A stretch of 24,678 nucleotides of DNA, from positions 1-24,678 of IMG/VR virus record IMGVR_UViG_3300020042_005096, one strand, 5' to 3'. Made by a program: the position numbers and the translations under genes. Positions 9,538-17,786 of this stretch are shown piece after piece. The stretch's first letter is position 1. Each line of letters starts with the position of its first letter. Origin of the DNA: a virus. Lineage: Duplodnaviria > Caudoviricetes. Under the pieces are notes generated by a model. It was not told the DNA's origin. It ran no database searches and saw only the letters and a list, made by a program, of their open reading frames with translations.

Positions 9538-11557
9538 AATAAAGAATACCACAGAAATAGAATTTGTTAAGCGAAAATTTAATTTTGCGGATAGCGTTAT
9601 CCCTACTTTCAAAAAGCCTTTAACTGGTGGCATTGTTAAATATGGTAGTAAGGACGATTATGGAGATTATTTGATAAACCTATTCAATAAATCTTCGAAG
9701 CATAGTGCTATTATCAATGGTAAAGTTGTTTACATTTTCGGCAATGGATTCGCTCCAGTAGATGCAACAAATACTGCTGCTTTAACATTTTTAGCAAGTG
9801 CAAATGATTTCGGTGATGATTGGAATAAAGTTGCTAAGAACGCAATTTTAGACACTGAAATTTTCGGTGGTTTTGCATTGCAAGCCATCCCCAAAATGGG
9901 TGGCGGTTTTAATTGGTTTAACCTTACATTCAACAATGTAAGAACTGATTATTACAATAGTAGTTTTGAATATAAAAAAGATTGGAAAGATTATCAAGAA
10001 CAAGTTCAAAAATTCGATGCATTCAATCCAACAATAACAGACAAGGCTACTATATTTTATTTTAAAGAATATCGTCCGGGAGTTAAAGTTTACCCTTTGC
10101 CAAGTTGGGTAGCTTGTTGTAATTGGATTGAAAGTGACATTGAAGTTAGTAAAGCTACATTGACTAAAGCAATGACTGGCTTTAGTGCCAGTAAAATGAT
10201 TAGTTTTTTCAATGGTCAGCCTGCAGACGAAACTGCTAAACGTGACATCGAACAAAGGGTTAAGAATAAGTTTACTGGTGGTGAGGGTGAAACTGTAATG
10301 ATCACATTTAATGATGACAAAACACAAGCACCTGAGGTAAATGATTTAGGGGCAAGTGATTTAACAAAAGAAGATTTTAGCCGAATAGATAATTTAATAA
10401 CTCAAAATATTTTCGCAGGTCACAGCGTTTCACATCCGTTACTTTTCGGAATACAACAAGAGGGAAAATTAGGAAGTGCAACCGAATTAAAGATTGCTTT
10501 TGATACGTTCAAAAACACTTATGCCACTGCAAAACAAAAGCAATTTGAGGACTTGATGTCATACTTTGCATCTTGTAATGGTGTAGTTGCTAAGTTTAAG
10601 ATAAAAGACATTGAGCCAGTAGGGGTTGACATTAATCCAGTTGACTTTAAAGAAATGTTGCCAAAAGAATGGGTATTTGAAAAGTTGGGAATTGATGGCA
10701 GCAAATATGGTGTAGCACCAACATCAACATCAACACCTACTGCAACTACACAAACTGCATTAACAAATGATACACTTGTAAATATTACAGGCAGGCAGCA
10801 GCAAGCACTAATGAGAATTAGCAGACTATTTACTCAAGGAAAGCTAAGTAAAGCACAGGCTGCAATACAACTTAAGGGTTTTGGGTTTACAGATGAGGAC
10901 ATCAATAATTACTTAGGCGTTGATGATAACCCAATGACATTAGATACTAAGTTTAGCAGTGATGAGAAGGACATTGATTTAGCTTTTTTAGAATTTGGCA
11001 GCGAACGTAGTGGCTATAACTTTATTAAGTCAACATCTTATTATGATGATGATAGTTTTGACATTCAACTTGCTTTTGATGCTGCAATAGAATTAAACGA
11101 ATTAGAGCAACAAATTAAAGACTTATTGCAAAACAATAATAAGTTAAGCAATGCAGAGATTTCACAGGCTACAATGCAGCCTATTGAGGTTATAGACGAT
11201 ATTTTAAAAAAGTTTATTGAGTACAAAATTATTGAACGTGTTGCAAATGGCATTATAAAAGTAATTGTAAAAACTCCTAAGTTTGAATTGCCAAAGATTG
11301 AAGTATTTTACACTTACGAAAAAAGAAAAGATGTAAGCGGTGCTGATATTTTACCGACATCAAGACCTTTTTGCAAAAAGATGGTAGGACTTTCAAGTAG
11401 TAGAATGTGGAGCAGAAAAGATATTCAAAACATTTCTCAAAGGTTAGGCTATAATGTGTTTAAAGCAGCAGGCGGATTTTGGAATAATAACGGAACAATA
11501 GAACCACATTGCCGTCACGAATGGGTAGCCAATGCAGTAATTAAGAAAAACAAATAA
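9530..11557 (+). CDS. portal protein with C-terminal extension (wHTH-like and MuF-like Cys/His domain)
   Basis: N-terminal ~390 aa with YGSKDDYGDYLINLFNKSSKHSAII, YPLPSW, KFTGGEG and IFAGHSVSHPLLFGI, a portal-type pattern. The C-terminus has SRPFCKKM...GGFW...HCRHEW. Confidence 0.75.
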   Translation: MAKIKNTTEIEFVKRKFNFADSVIPTFKKPLTGGIVKYGSKDDYGDYLINLFNKSSKHSAIINGKVVYIFGNGFAPVDATNTAALTFLASANDFGDDWNKVAKNAILDTEIFGGFALQAIPKMGGGFNWFNLTFNNVRTDYYNSSFEYKKDWKDYQEQVQKFDAFNPTITDKATIFYFKEYRPGVKVYPLPSWVACCNWIESDIEVSKATLTKAMTGFSASKMISFFNGQPADETAKRDIEQRVKNKFTGGEGETVMITFNDDKTQAPEVNDLGASDLTKEDFSRIDNLITQNIFAGHSVSHPLLFGIQQEGKLGSATELKIAFDTFKNTYATAKQKQFEDLMSYFASCNGVVAKFKIKDIEPVGVDINPVDFKEMLPKEWVFEKLGIDGSKYGVAPTSTSTPTATTQTALTNDTLVNITGRQQQALMRISRLFTQGKLSKAQAAIQLKGFGFTDEDINNYLGVDDNPMTLDTKFSSDEKDIDLAFLEFGSERSGYNFIKSTSYYDDDSFDIQLAFDAAIELNELEQQIKDLLQNNNKLSNAEISQATMQPIEVIDDILKKFIEYKIIERVANGIIKVIVKTPKFELPKIEVFYTYEKRKDVSGADILPTSRPFCKKMVGLSSSRMWSRKDIQNISQRLGYNVFKAAGGFWNNNGTIEPHCRHEWVANAVIKKNK

Positions 11558-11558
11558 T

Positions 11559-12161
11559 ATGAGTGCTAATACTTTACTTGTAATGCCTAGCGTTGTTAAA
11601 GACAGAACAGCACTACATACGAACATAGATGACAAACTTATTTATCCTGAAATTAAAACTATTCAGGATATGGTAATGATGCCAATGCTCGGCAGTCAAT
11701 TATTTAGTAAACTACAAACAGAAATTGCAGCAAATACCTTAACGGGCGTTTACAAAACTTTAGTCGATAGTTATTTGATTGATGCGATGTGTTGGTTGGT
11801 AGTTAGCGAAGTAGTTGGCAGCATTAATTATCAAGTGTGGAATACTGGCGTAACAACTACCAATGCAGACAAAACAACTAATCCATCACTTGCAGAAATT
11901 AACAGCTTAAAATCGAAGTATAAGCAACGTGCGGAGCATTATATGAAACGTGCAAGGTTATACCTTATTCAAAATGGCGGTTCTTATCCTGAATATAGAA
12001 GTGTGAATGGTGGTATTGATACTGTTTTCCCCGATAAGACTTCTTATACTTGCCCTATTTATTTAGGCGATGAAAACGATTATCCAAAAGATAGTTATTC
12101 ATTAAGAAGTAACCAAAGGACTAGGGCGAACATTTTACCTTATCCAAATTACAATCCATAA
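11559..12161 (+). CDS. head-tail adaptor/connector (DUF6712-like)
   Basis: 200 aa after the portal, with NIDDKLIYPEI..QD..MLGSQLF..L and a C-terminal YL....YPEY pattern. Confidence 0.6.
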   Translation: MSANTLLVMPSVVKDRTALHTNIDDKLIYPEIKTIQDMVMMPMLGSQLFSKLQTEIAANTLTGVYKTLVDSYLIDAMCWLVVSEVVGSINYQVWNTGVTTTNADKTTNPSLAEINSLKSKYKQRAEHYMKRARLYLIQNGGSYPEYRSVNGGIDTVFPDKTSYTCPIYLGDENDYPKDSYSLRSNQRTRANILPYPNYNP

Positions 12162-12162
12162 T

Positions 12163-12294
12163 ATGAGCAAAGGAATTTCAAAGAAAACTATTGAAAAATT
12201 AAAGGTTTACTTAGCAAAACAAAATGACACCACTAACACTAAAACAAATAATTTACAGGCTACAAACACTAGCACAAAGCCACTATCAAATTAA
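12163..12294 (+). CDS. small basic ORF (43 aa), not in ORF track
   Basis: ATG 1 nt after the adaptor stop. Translation MSKGISKKTIEKLKVYLAKQNDTTNTKTNNLQATNTSTKPLSN*. Fills the gap and overlaps the next gene by 71 nt. Confidence 0.45.
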   Translation: MSKGISKKTIEKLKVYLAKQNDTTNTKTNNLQATNTSTKPLSN

Positions 12295-12958
12295 GCACTT
12301 TTTTATAGGTGACTTTGAAGAGTTCTTAGCTAATGGTGAGGTAACATATCCAGCTTGTTTTGTTGAGTTAAAGCCTACAGGTAGAATTAGTAAGACAGAT
12401 AAAATGACTTATTACAATTTTACTTTTCACTTTTTTGATTTGATGGATATTGCTACAGATAGTGCTAATAATGAATTTGAAGTTAAAAGTGATTTAGCTT
12501 CGATTGCACAAGACTATATGGCAATGCTTAACTTTAGCGATTATCAGAATGACTGGTTTATTTCAATGGATAACAATTTTGACATAAGCAAATATAAGTT
12601 GCAGGATATGGCAGCAGGTGTTAGTGTTGATGTGCAAATAGCTACTGCGTTTGGTTCAAATCGTTGTCAAGTTCCGGCACAAAATATTACCTTTGAAAGC
12701 CCAACAGATAGCAGCGGAGTGCCGATGTGGTATGATGCAAAATATATTGCTAATACTGTTTACACTTGCAGCGGTTCTGAGGGTTACAATGTTACTATTA
12801 CAGCGTTAATAAATAGAGGTATTTTAAGCGTATTTCAAGGGGATAAATTACTCGATCCTACAATGTACTCATTCAACGATGTAACAGGGCTAATAACGTT
12901 TGATTATGAGTTACAACCTGAGCAAGTATTACAAATATTAAATAGAAATAAAGTATGA
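12224..12958 (+). CDS. putative tail terminator/completion protein with C-terminal beta domain
   Basis: The N-terminal ~150 aa (HYQIKHF, YPACFV, EVKSDLASIAQD, AAGV, NRCQVP) look like a tail terminator. About 90 extra C-terminal residues follow. ATGA overlap with the next gene. Confidence 0.55.
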   Translation: MTPLTLKQIIYRLQTLAQSHYQIKHFFIGDFEEFLANGEVTYPACFVELKPTGRISKTDKMTYYNFTFHFFDLMDIATDSANNEFEVKSDLASIAQDYMAMLNFSDYQNDWFISMDNNFDISKYKLQDMAAGVSVDVQIATAFGSNRCQVPAQNITFESPTDSSGVPMWYDAKYIANTVYTCSGSEGYNVTITALINRGILSVFQGDKLLDPTMYSFNDVTGLITFDYELQPEQVLQILNRNKV

Positions 12959-14061
12959 GGATAGTATTAATTTTATTGATGTGTTGGGGTGTTGCTTTTG
13001 GGCAAGACACAACTAAGTATTTCAAGTCGGTTGATTATGGCTGGAACTGGCAACGTGGTAAATTTAGAGGTGGTTTAATATTGCCTACAGATACTGTAAA
13101 TAATAAGTTAGGGATTGCACAAATAGGGGCGAATTGTTTTGCTTGGAGTGGGTTAAAATGGAATCCAATTGGCAGCACAGATACAGCTTTTTTAGTTAGG
13201 TATTATCGAAAGAATCAAGTAGATAGTGCAATTGCTGCTAATACACCTACATACGATTTAGCAGATATACTAACGAACGGCAATAGTGCAAATAATACAA
13301 TACAAGTCAATCAAGTAAAGGCTTTCAGTAGTGCAGGGCTTAGTTTAAATAGTAATGGTGGAACACAAATAGCCAACTTAGGGGCAGGTGGTGGAAGCAA
13401 CGCAACATTCTATGGCTTTGCAGGATATAACTCAAACTTAGCAGGTAGTTATACAACAAGGTCATTTACTGATAAGAATTATGTTGATAGTCTTGATGCT
13501 TTAAAATTATCATTAACAGGTGGCACATTATCAAGCAGACTAACAGGCACATCTTTAATTTTAAATAAAGATAGTTTGCCAATTTTAACAGGTAAGAGAT
13601 GGGGATTAGTTGTTGATACATCCAACAGCAATAGAATTTCAAGAAGATTATTACCTATTCAAATTGATAGCACCGAAAGAGCATATACAGATTCGATAAT
13701 TTATACAGGCGGAACAAGACCTAGCGGAACAACAAATCATACTTACGAATGGACTAGGAATGGCAGACTTGTAACTTTTAGAATTAACATCTTATTTGGA
13801 ACTGCGGGGAGCGGAAATACTAGAGCCTTGTTGCCATTTCCATCACCAATGCCAACACCATCCACGGTAACAGGATTTACAGTTAGTAATAGTTCAAGAA
13901 TGATTCCAGTAATAGCCAATGGTGGTGGTAACACAACAATTGCTAATTCGCTCCCTAGTGCAATTGTTTACAATGCAGGAACACCAGCTATTAGCGTTGA
14001 TGCTGCTGCTCAAAATCTGCAAGCGATACAAGTTTCTGGTTCATACTTTACCAATAATTAA
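12955..14061 (+). CDS. tail-fibre-like protein carrying an N-terminal signal peptide
   Basis: MRIVLILLMCWGVAFG|Q is a Sec/SPI-like signal. Fibre motif DKNYVDS..KLSLTGGTLS and fibre-tip-like WTRNGRLVTFRI. G/S/T/N-rich. Confidence 0.55.
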   Translation: MRIVLILLMCWGVAFGQDTTKYFKSVDYGWNWQRGKFRGGLILPTDTVNNKLGIAQIGANCFAWSGLKWNPIGSTDTAFLVRYYRKNQVDSAIAANTPTYDLADILTNGNSANNTIQVNQVKAFSSAGLSLNSNGGTQIANLGAGGGSNATFYGFAGYNSNLAGSYTTRSFTDKNYVDSLDALKLSLTGGTLSSRLTGTSLILNKDSLPILTGKRWGLVVDTSNSNRISRRLLPIQIDSTERAYTDSIIYTGGTRPSGTTNHTYEWTRNGRLVTFRINILFGTAGSGNTRALLPFPSPMPTPSTVTGFTVSNSSRMIPVIANGGGNTTIANSLPSAIVYNAGTPAISVDAAAQNLQAIQVSGSYFTNN

Positions 14062-14066
14062 AATCT

Positions 14067-14837
14067 ATGAAATACCTTATCCCTTTACTTTTTATTCTAA
14101 CATCTTGCAGCAAAAACGATGCAGCGAGAACAGTTCCACAGGATAGTCTTGTTAATGCAGCAGGTGTTATTCGTGCTTATCCTACAACTGTAATAGGTAG
14201 TAAAATTCAATGGAAATTTATTGTTGATGCAGACCACGACAAGAATTTCTTTGACAGCGTTGCAGCCGTTCCAAGTGGTGCTATTCGTGTTTATTTTCCT
14301 TTGGTAAAAAAGATTAATACTTTTCTTGCAACAGGTGATGAGCAGCTTAAATACTACCAAATGGGAGCTTCAGTTAATATGACTTATGCAGATTTATTTC
14401 TTTCTACTTATGTTACAAATGGGGGTTCTTTAGTTGGCAATAATGGAGTTGGTTGGAATAGAATTGGTATGGTTTCAATTTGGGATATTAACCGAGATTC
14501 AACAACAGGATTGACAAGGGTTAATATTAAAAATCCAACATTTGTTCCCGTTGTAGCGGATGATTATGCAAAGCTAACAATTACCTACACAGGGGCTAAT
14601 ATTCGATTTGTAAGACGTGTGTATAGTGGTTTAGGCAGTTACAATACAGGCTTTTATTTAACTGATTATTTAGGCAATATTATTAAAGGTAAAAGCGACC
14701 CTTTAGACAGGGTTGTAATGGCATCAAACCCAACGCAACAGAATTTCAATTGCTATTCAGTTTCGGGCGATAGTTTACAAATTAAAATATTTAATTCAAC
14801 TGCTAATATTTGGGTTAGTGGTCAATTTATAAAGTAG
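14067..14837 (+). CDS. lipoprotein, function unknown
   Basis: MKYLIPLLFILTS|C lipobox followed by SKND; beta-rich mature part. Confidence 0.65.
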   Translation: MKYLIPLLFILTSCSKNDAARTVPQDSLVNAAGVIRAYPTTVIGSKIQWKFIVDADHDKNFFDSVAAVPSGAIRVYFPLVKKINTFLATGDEQLKYYQMGASVNMTYADLFLSTYVTNGGSLVGNNGVGWNRIGMVSIWDINRDSTTGLTRVNIKNPTFVPVVADDYAKLTITYTGANIRFVRRVYSGLGSYNTGFYLTDYLGNIIKGKSDPLDRVVMASNPTQQNFNCYSVSGDSLQIKIFNSTANIWVSGQFIK

Positions 14838-14842
14838 TAAAT

Positions 14843-15256
14843 ATGAACATACAAGATGCAGGAATAGGGGCAGGAGTTGTAGGCTTAATTGGTGTAATTA
14901 AATCTTATTTTAATTCTACTCAAAGGCAAAAAATTGCACAAATGAAATTGGAAGCAAATGTAAAAGCTGCTGCCGATAAAGTGATAAAAGAAGTTACTAT
15001 TGAATATGATGAGAAAATAAATAACATTCTCAATAAAGTTGTTATGCTTACAGAAACAGTTGCTAGGCAAACAGAAACAATAAAGCATCTTGAGTCAACA
15101 TTAGAAAATATTGCTAAGGATTTCAGAATGGTTGTTGCAATAAGTAAAGAGCATATTGCAGATAAAGCTATTGTTGAAATTGTTGATAAAATTGGAAACA
15201 ATACTAACCAACAAATTGAGAAAATTAAAGAAAATAAAAAACTAAAAGCGATATAA
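14843..15256 (+). CDS. membrane-anchored coiled-coil protein (holin/antiholin-like)
   Basis: N-terminal hydrophobic helix AGIGAGVVGLIGVI followed by a coiled coil; first gene of the lysis region. Confidence 0.45.
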   Translation: MNIQDAGIGAGVVGLIGVIKSYFNSTQRQKIAQMKLEANVKAAADKVIKEVTIEYDEKINNILNKVVMLTETVARQTETIKHLESTLENIAKDFRMVVAISKEHIADKAIVEIVDKIGNNTNQQIEKIKENKKLKAI

Positions 15257-15258
15257 TT

Positions 15259-15516
15259 ATGAAAGATAATTTTTTTACATCAATGCTCGGTGAGGGTGGA
15301 AAAATAAGCCATAAAAGGTTTATAAGTGTATTGCTAAGTGTAGCAGTAACATTTGTGTTAATTTGGGCAACAGTTAAATATAAGGAACTAATTACAGGAA
15401 TGTATAATAGTGCTTTAATATTTATTTCTGTAATGTCGGGAGTTGCTACCGTAAGCCAGATAGTAGCACTTGTAAAAGGAACTCCAGCATTAAAAGAAGA
15501 AGAACCTAAACCGTAA
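15259..15516 (+). CDS. putative holin
   Basis: 85 aa with a KISHKRF motif, two transmembrane helices and a charged C-terminus (KEEEPKP). Confidence 0.6.
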   Translation: MKDNFFTSMLGEGGKISHKRFISVLLSVAVTFVLIWATVKYKELITGMYNSALIFISVMSGVATVSQIVALVKGTPALKEEEPKP

Positions 15517-15626
15517 AATAATTGTTATAGTGCATATATTTTGGTATTTGTACTAAAAAATACTATTTAACCAAAAAAAATGCTTTATAATATGTATTCT
15601 AAGGATTTGTAATAAAACAAAAAAAT

Positions 15627-16265
15627 ATGTCACATCACGTTATGAAATATCCGCCAAATAAGCAGCTAATTTATTTAGTTGCATTAGTATTATTACTTGC
15701 TGCATTGATTGGGCTGCAAAGCTGTTCCTCTGAAAAGAAAGCATTAAAGCCATATAAGGCAGTTAATAGTGATGTTGATAGTAGTTATAAGGATAAGAAA
15801 AAAGAACTTATTGCGAGGGTGTGTGCTGTCAATTTTCCTATTGAAATTAAAACAGTAGTAAAGGATTCAATCAGAACCAAAGTCGTAAGGGTGCAAGATA
15901 ATAACCTAGTGAATAAATTGAAAGCCGAACTTGCTAAGAAATGCAAGGATATTAATATTGATTCGATTTATAATATACTCCCTTTCGATACTATTTACAT
16001 TGACCATTATCATACTAAAACGGTAACACAAAAAGACACATTGAGCCTATATAATATGGGCGTTGAAAATAGTAGATTGACTTATTATAACTTACAATTA
16101 AAAAGCAATATTGAAGATAATAATAAAGATATTGAAAAACTAAATAAGGATTTAAAATTATCTGATAAATGGAGAATAAGATGTTTTATATTAATGGCTT
16201 TAATTATTTGTTACTTTGGAATAAAAACGTTTAATTTTGTTAGAAGTTACAATATACCTATTTAA
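15627..16265 (+). CDS. putative unimolecular spanin
   Basis: Lipoprotein signal LIYLVALVLLLAALIGLQS|C, a coiled coil and a C-terminal TM helix (CFILMALIICYFGI). An alternative ATG lies at 15642. Confidence 0.6.
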   Translation: MSHHVMKYPPNKQLIYLVALVLLLAALIGLQSCSSEKKALKPYKAVNSDVDSSYKDKKKELIARVCAVNFPIEIKTVVKDSIRTKVVRVQDNNLVNKLKAELAKKCKDINIDSIYNILPFDTIYIDHYHTKTVTQKDTLSLYNMGVENSRLTYYNLQLKSNIEDNNKDIEKLNKDLKLSDKWRIRCFILMALIICYFGIKTFNFVRSYNIPI

Positions 16266-16267
16266 AT

Positions 16268-17272
16268 ATGCCTACAGCACCAATCAAGCTAACAATAGCT
16301 AAAGAATTTCGGCTAAAGTACGGGGCTGAAATGCCAACGGCTAAACTAGCGAGAATAATGTATGAAGAATGCCCAGAAGCGTTTAATAACATTGAGCACG
16401 CTAGAACAACATTACGAATGATTGAGGGCAAAATCGGTAAACATAGCCGAAAGTATGTTGCAGACAAATCACTTTTTATAAAAGAAGCAAGAACATCCAC
16501 CCCTTATTCATTACCTAAATCGGACGAAGAAAGTTTTGAGTTATTCCAAATCAAAGGACATAAAAAAGGTTTTATAATTAACGATGTTCATTTGCCTTAT
16601 CATTCAGTTTCAGCTTTAACCGCTGCCATTGACTTTGCGAAAAAAGAAAAGCCCGATTTTATTTTCATCAATGGCGACTTAGTGGACTTTCACTCAGTTA
16701 GCTACTTTCAGAAAGACCCTCGCAAAAAAAGATTTAGTGAGGAACTTGATATTTTGCAGGAATTTATTGCTGAGTTACAAAAGATATTTAAGGGTGTTAA
16801 GATATATTACAAGTTCGGCAACCACGAAGAAAGGTATGATAGTTTTTTATATCAGAAAGCCCACGAATTAAAGGGAGTTGAAGAGTTTGAACTAGAAGCA
16901 ATAGTAAAGAAAAGATGTCCTAATATTAGCATAATAAGGGATAAAAGAATAGTTGTAATGAATGGGTTGCCATTTATTCACGGACACGAATTCGGTCGTG
17001 GTGTATTCAATCCAGTTAATGCTGCTAGGGGGTTATTTCTGCAAGCTAAACATTCAGCAGTTAAGGGCGATTGCCATACATCGAGCGAACATACAGAGCC
17101 TAATATCTTCGGAAAATTAATGACAACTTATAGCGTAGGTTGTTTATGCGGTTTAACTCCTAAATGGTTGCCGATGAATAAGTGGAATCACGGGTTTGCT
17201 ATGATTGATGTAAGTGAAAAAGGGAAGTTTAAGTTTAGAAATTACCGCATATATAACGGCGAAGTGATGTAA
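16268..17272 (+). CDS. calcineurin-like metallophosphoesterase with N-terminal helical domain
   Basis: All five motifs are present: NDVHLPYH, NGDLVDF, GNHEER, HGHE, GDCH. Confidence 0.85.
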   Translation: MPTAPIKLTIAKEFRLKYGAEMPTAKLARIMYEECPEAFNNIEHARTTLRMIEGKIGKHSRKYVADKSLFIKEARTSTPYSLPKSDEESFELFQIKGHKKGFIINDVHLPYHSVSALTAAIDFAKKEKPDFIFINGDLVDFHSVSYFQKDPRKKRFSEELDILQEFIAELQKIFKGVKIYYKFGNHEERYDSFLYQKAHELKGVEEFELEAIVKKRCPNISIIRDKRIVVMNGLPFIHGHEFGRGVFNPVNAARGLFLQAKHSAVKGDCHTSSEHTEPNIFGKLMTTYSVGCLCGLTPKWLPMNKWNHGFAMIDVSEKGKFKFRNYRIYNGEVM

Positions 17273-17325
17273 AATGTCAACTATAATGAGCAGAATACTT
17301 GACAGTGATGTAAATAATCAACAAT

Positions 17326-17532
17326 ATGAAAACATACATAATTTACTTTGAAATATTTGGCAAAAAAATGAAAACTATTATCGAAGCAGATAGTAAAAAA
17401 GAAGCTAAACAAAAAGTAAAAGACAAAATAATATTTCATAAAATTGAGGGTGAAAATGATGGTGTAAATGAGGGTGTAAATAATCAAAATTTTGATTTAG
17501 ATGGTCTTAAAGACTTTTTAGGAATTAGATGA
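17326..17532 (+). CDS. hypothetical protein
   Basis: 68 aa with IEADSKKEAKQKV, a motif common in small phage proteins. ATGA overlap with the next gene. Confidence 0.6.
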   Translation: MKTYIIYFEIFGKKMKTIIEADSKKEAKQKVKDKIIFHKIEGENDGVNEGVNNQNFDLDGLKDFLGIR

Positions 17533-17774
17533 AATCTGTAAACGAAATAGTACACAAAAAACTTGGCAAACACAAAGCCATAGGACTTGCATACAAAGAA
17601 ACAGGTATAATACACATAGACGAAAGATTAAAAGGAATACAACATCTGCAAACACTAATTCACGAAATTGTACACATACAAAACCCAAAATGGTCTGAAA
17701 TAAAAGTTGAAGGACACTCAGCAGAAATGGCTAAATTAATTTGGGATAATAATTACAGAAAAATAGAAAATTAA
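17529..17774 (+). CDS. small HExxH zincin-like metallopeptidase
   Basis: AIGLA..IHIDERL..TLIHEIVH...WSE, a minimal zincin pattern. Confidence 0.6.
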   Translation: MKSVNEIVHKKLGKHKAIGLAYKETGIIHIDERLKGIQHLQTLIHEIVHIQNPKWSEIKVEGHSAEMAKLIWDNNYRKIEN

Positions 17775-17786
17775 TAAATATAATTT

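Noticed and set aside
11901-11920. AACAGCTTAAAATCGAAGTA nearly matches minus-strand 19059-19077 (one indel)
   Set aside because: A single short AT-rich match with no flanking similarity; most likely chance.
12955-14837. Possible diversity-generating retroelement target in the fibre-like genes
   Set aside because: I saw no reverse transcriptase and no template/variable repeat pair in the window.
17446-17481. Three imperfect 12-bp tandem units (GAGGGTGAAAAT GATGGTGTAAAT GAGGGTGTAAAT)
   Set aside because: An in-frame low-complexity linker (EGENDGVNEGVN) with no spacers, so not CRISPR or iterons.
1216-17487. Numerous minus-strand ORFs in the track (e.g. 3255-3986, 9848-10327, 7149-7397, 14920-15201) and the + ORF 13919-14146
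   Set aside because: They are shadows lying within or across well-supported + strand genes and show no motifs of their own.
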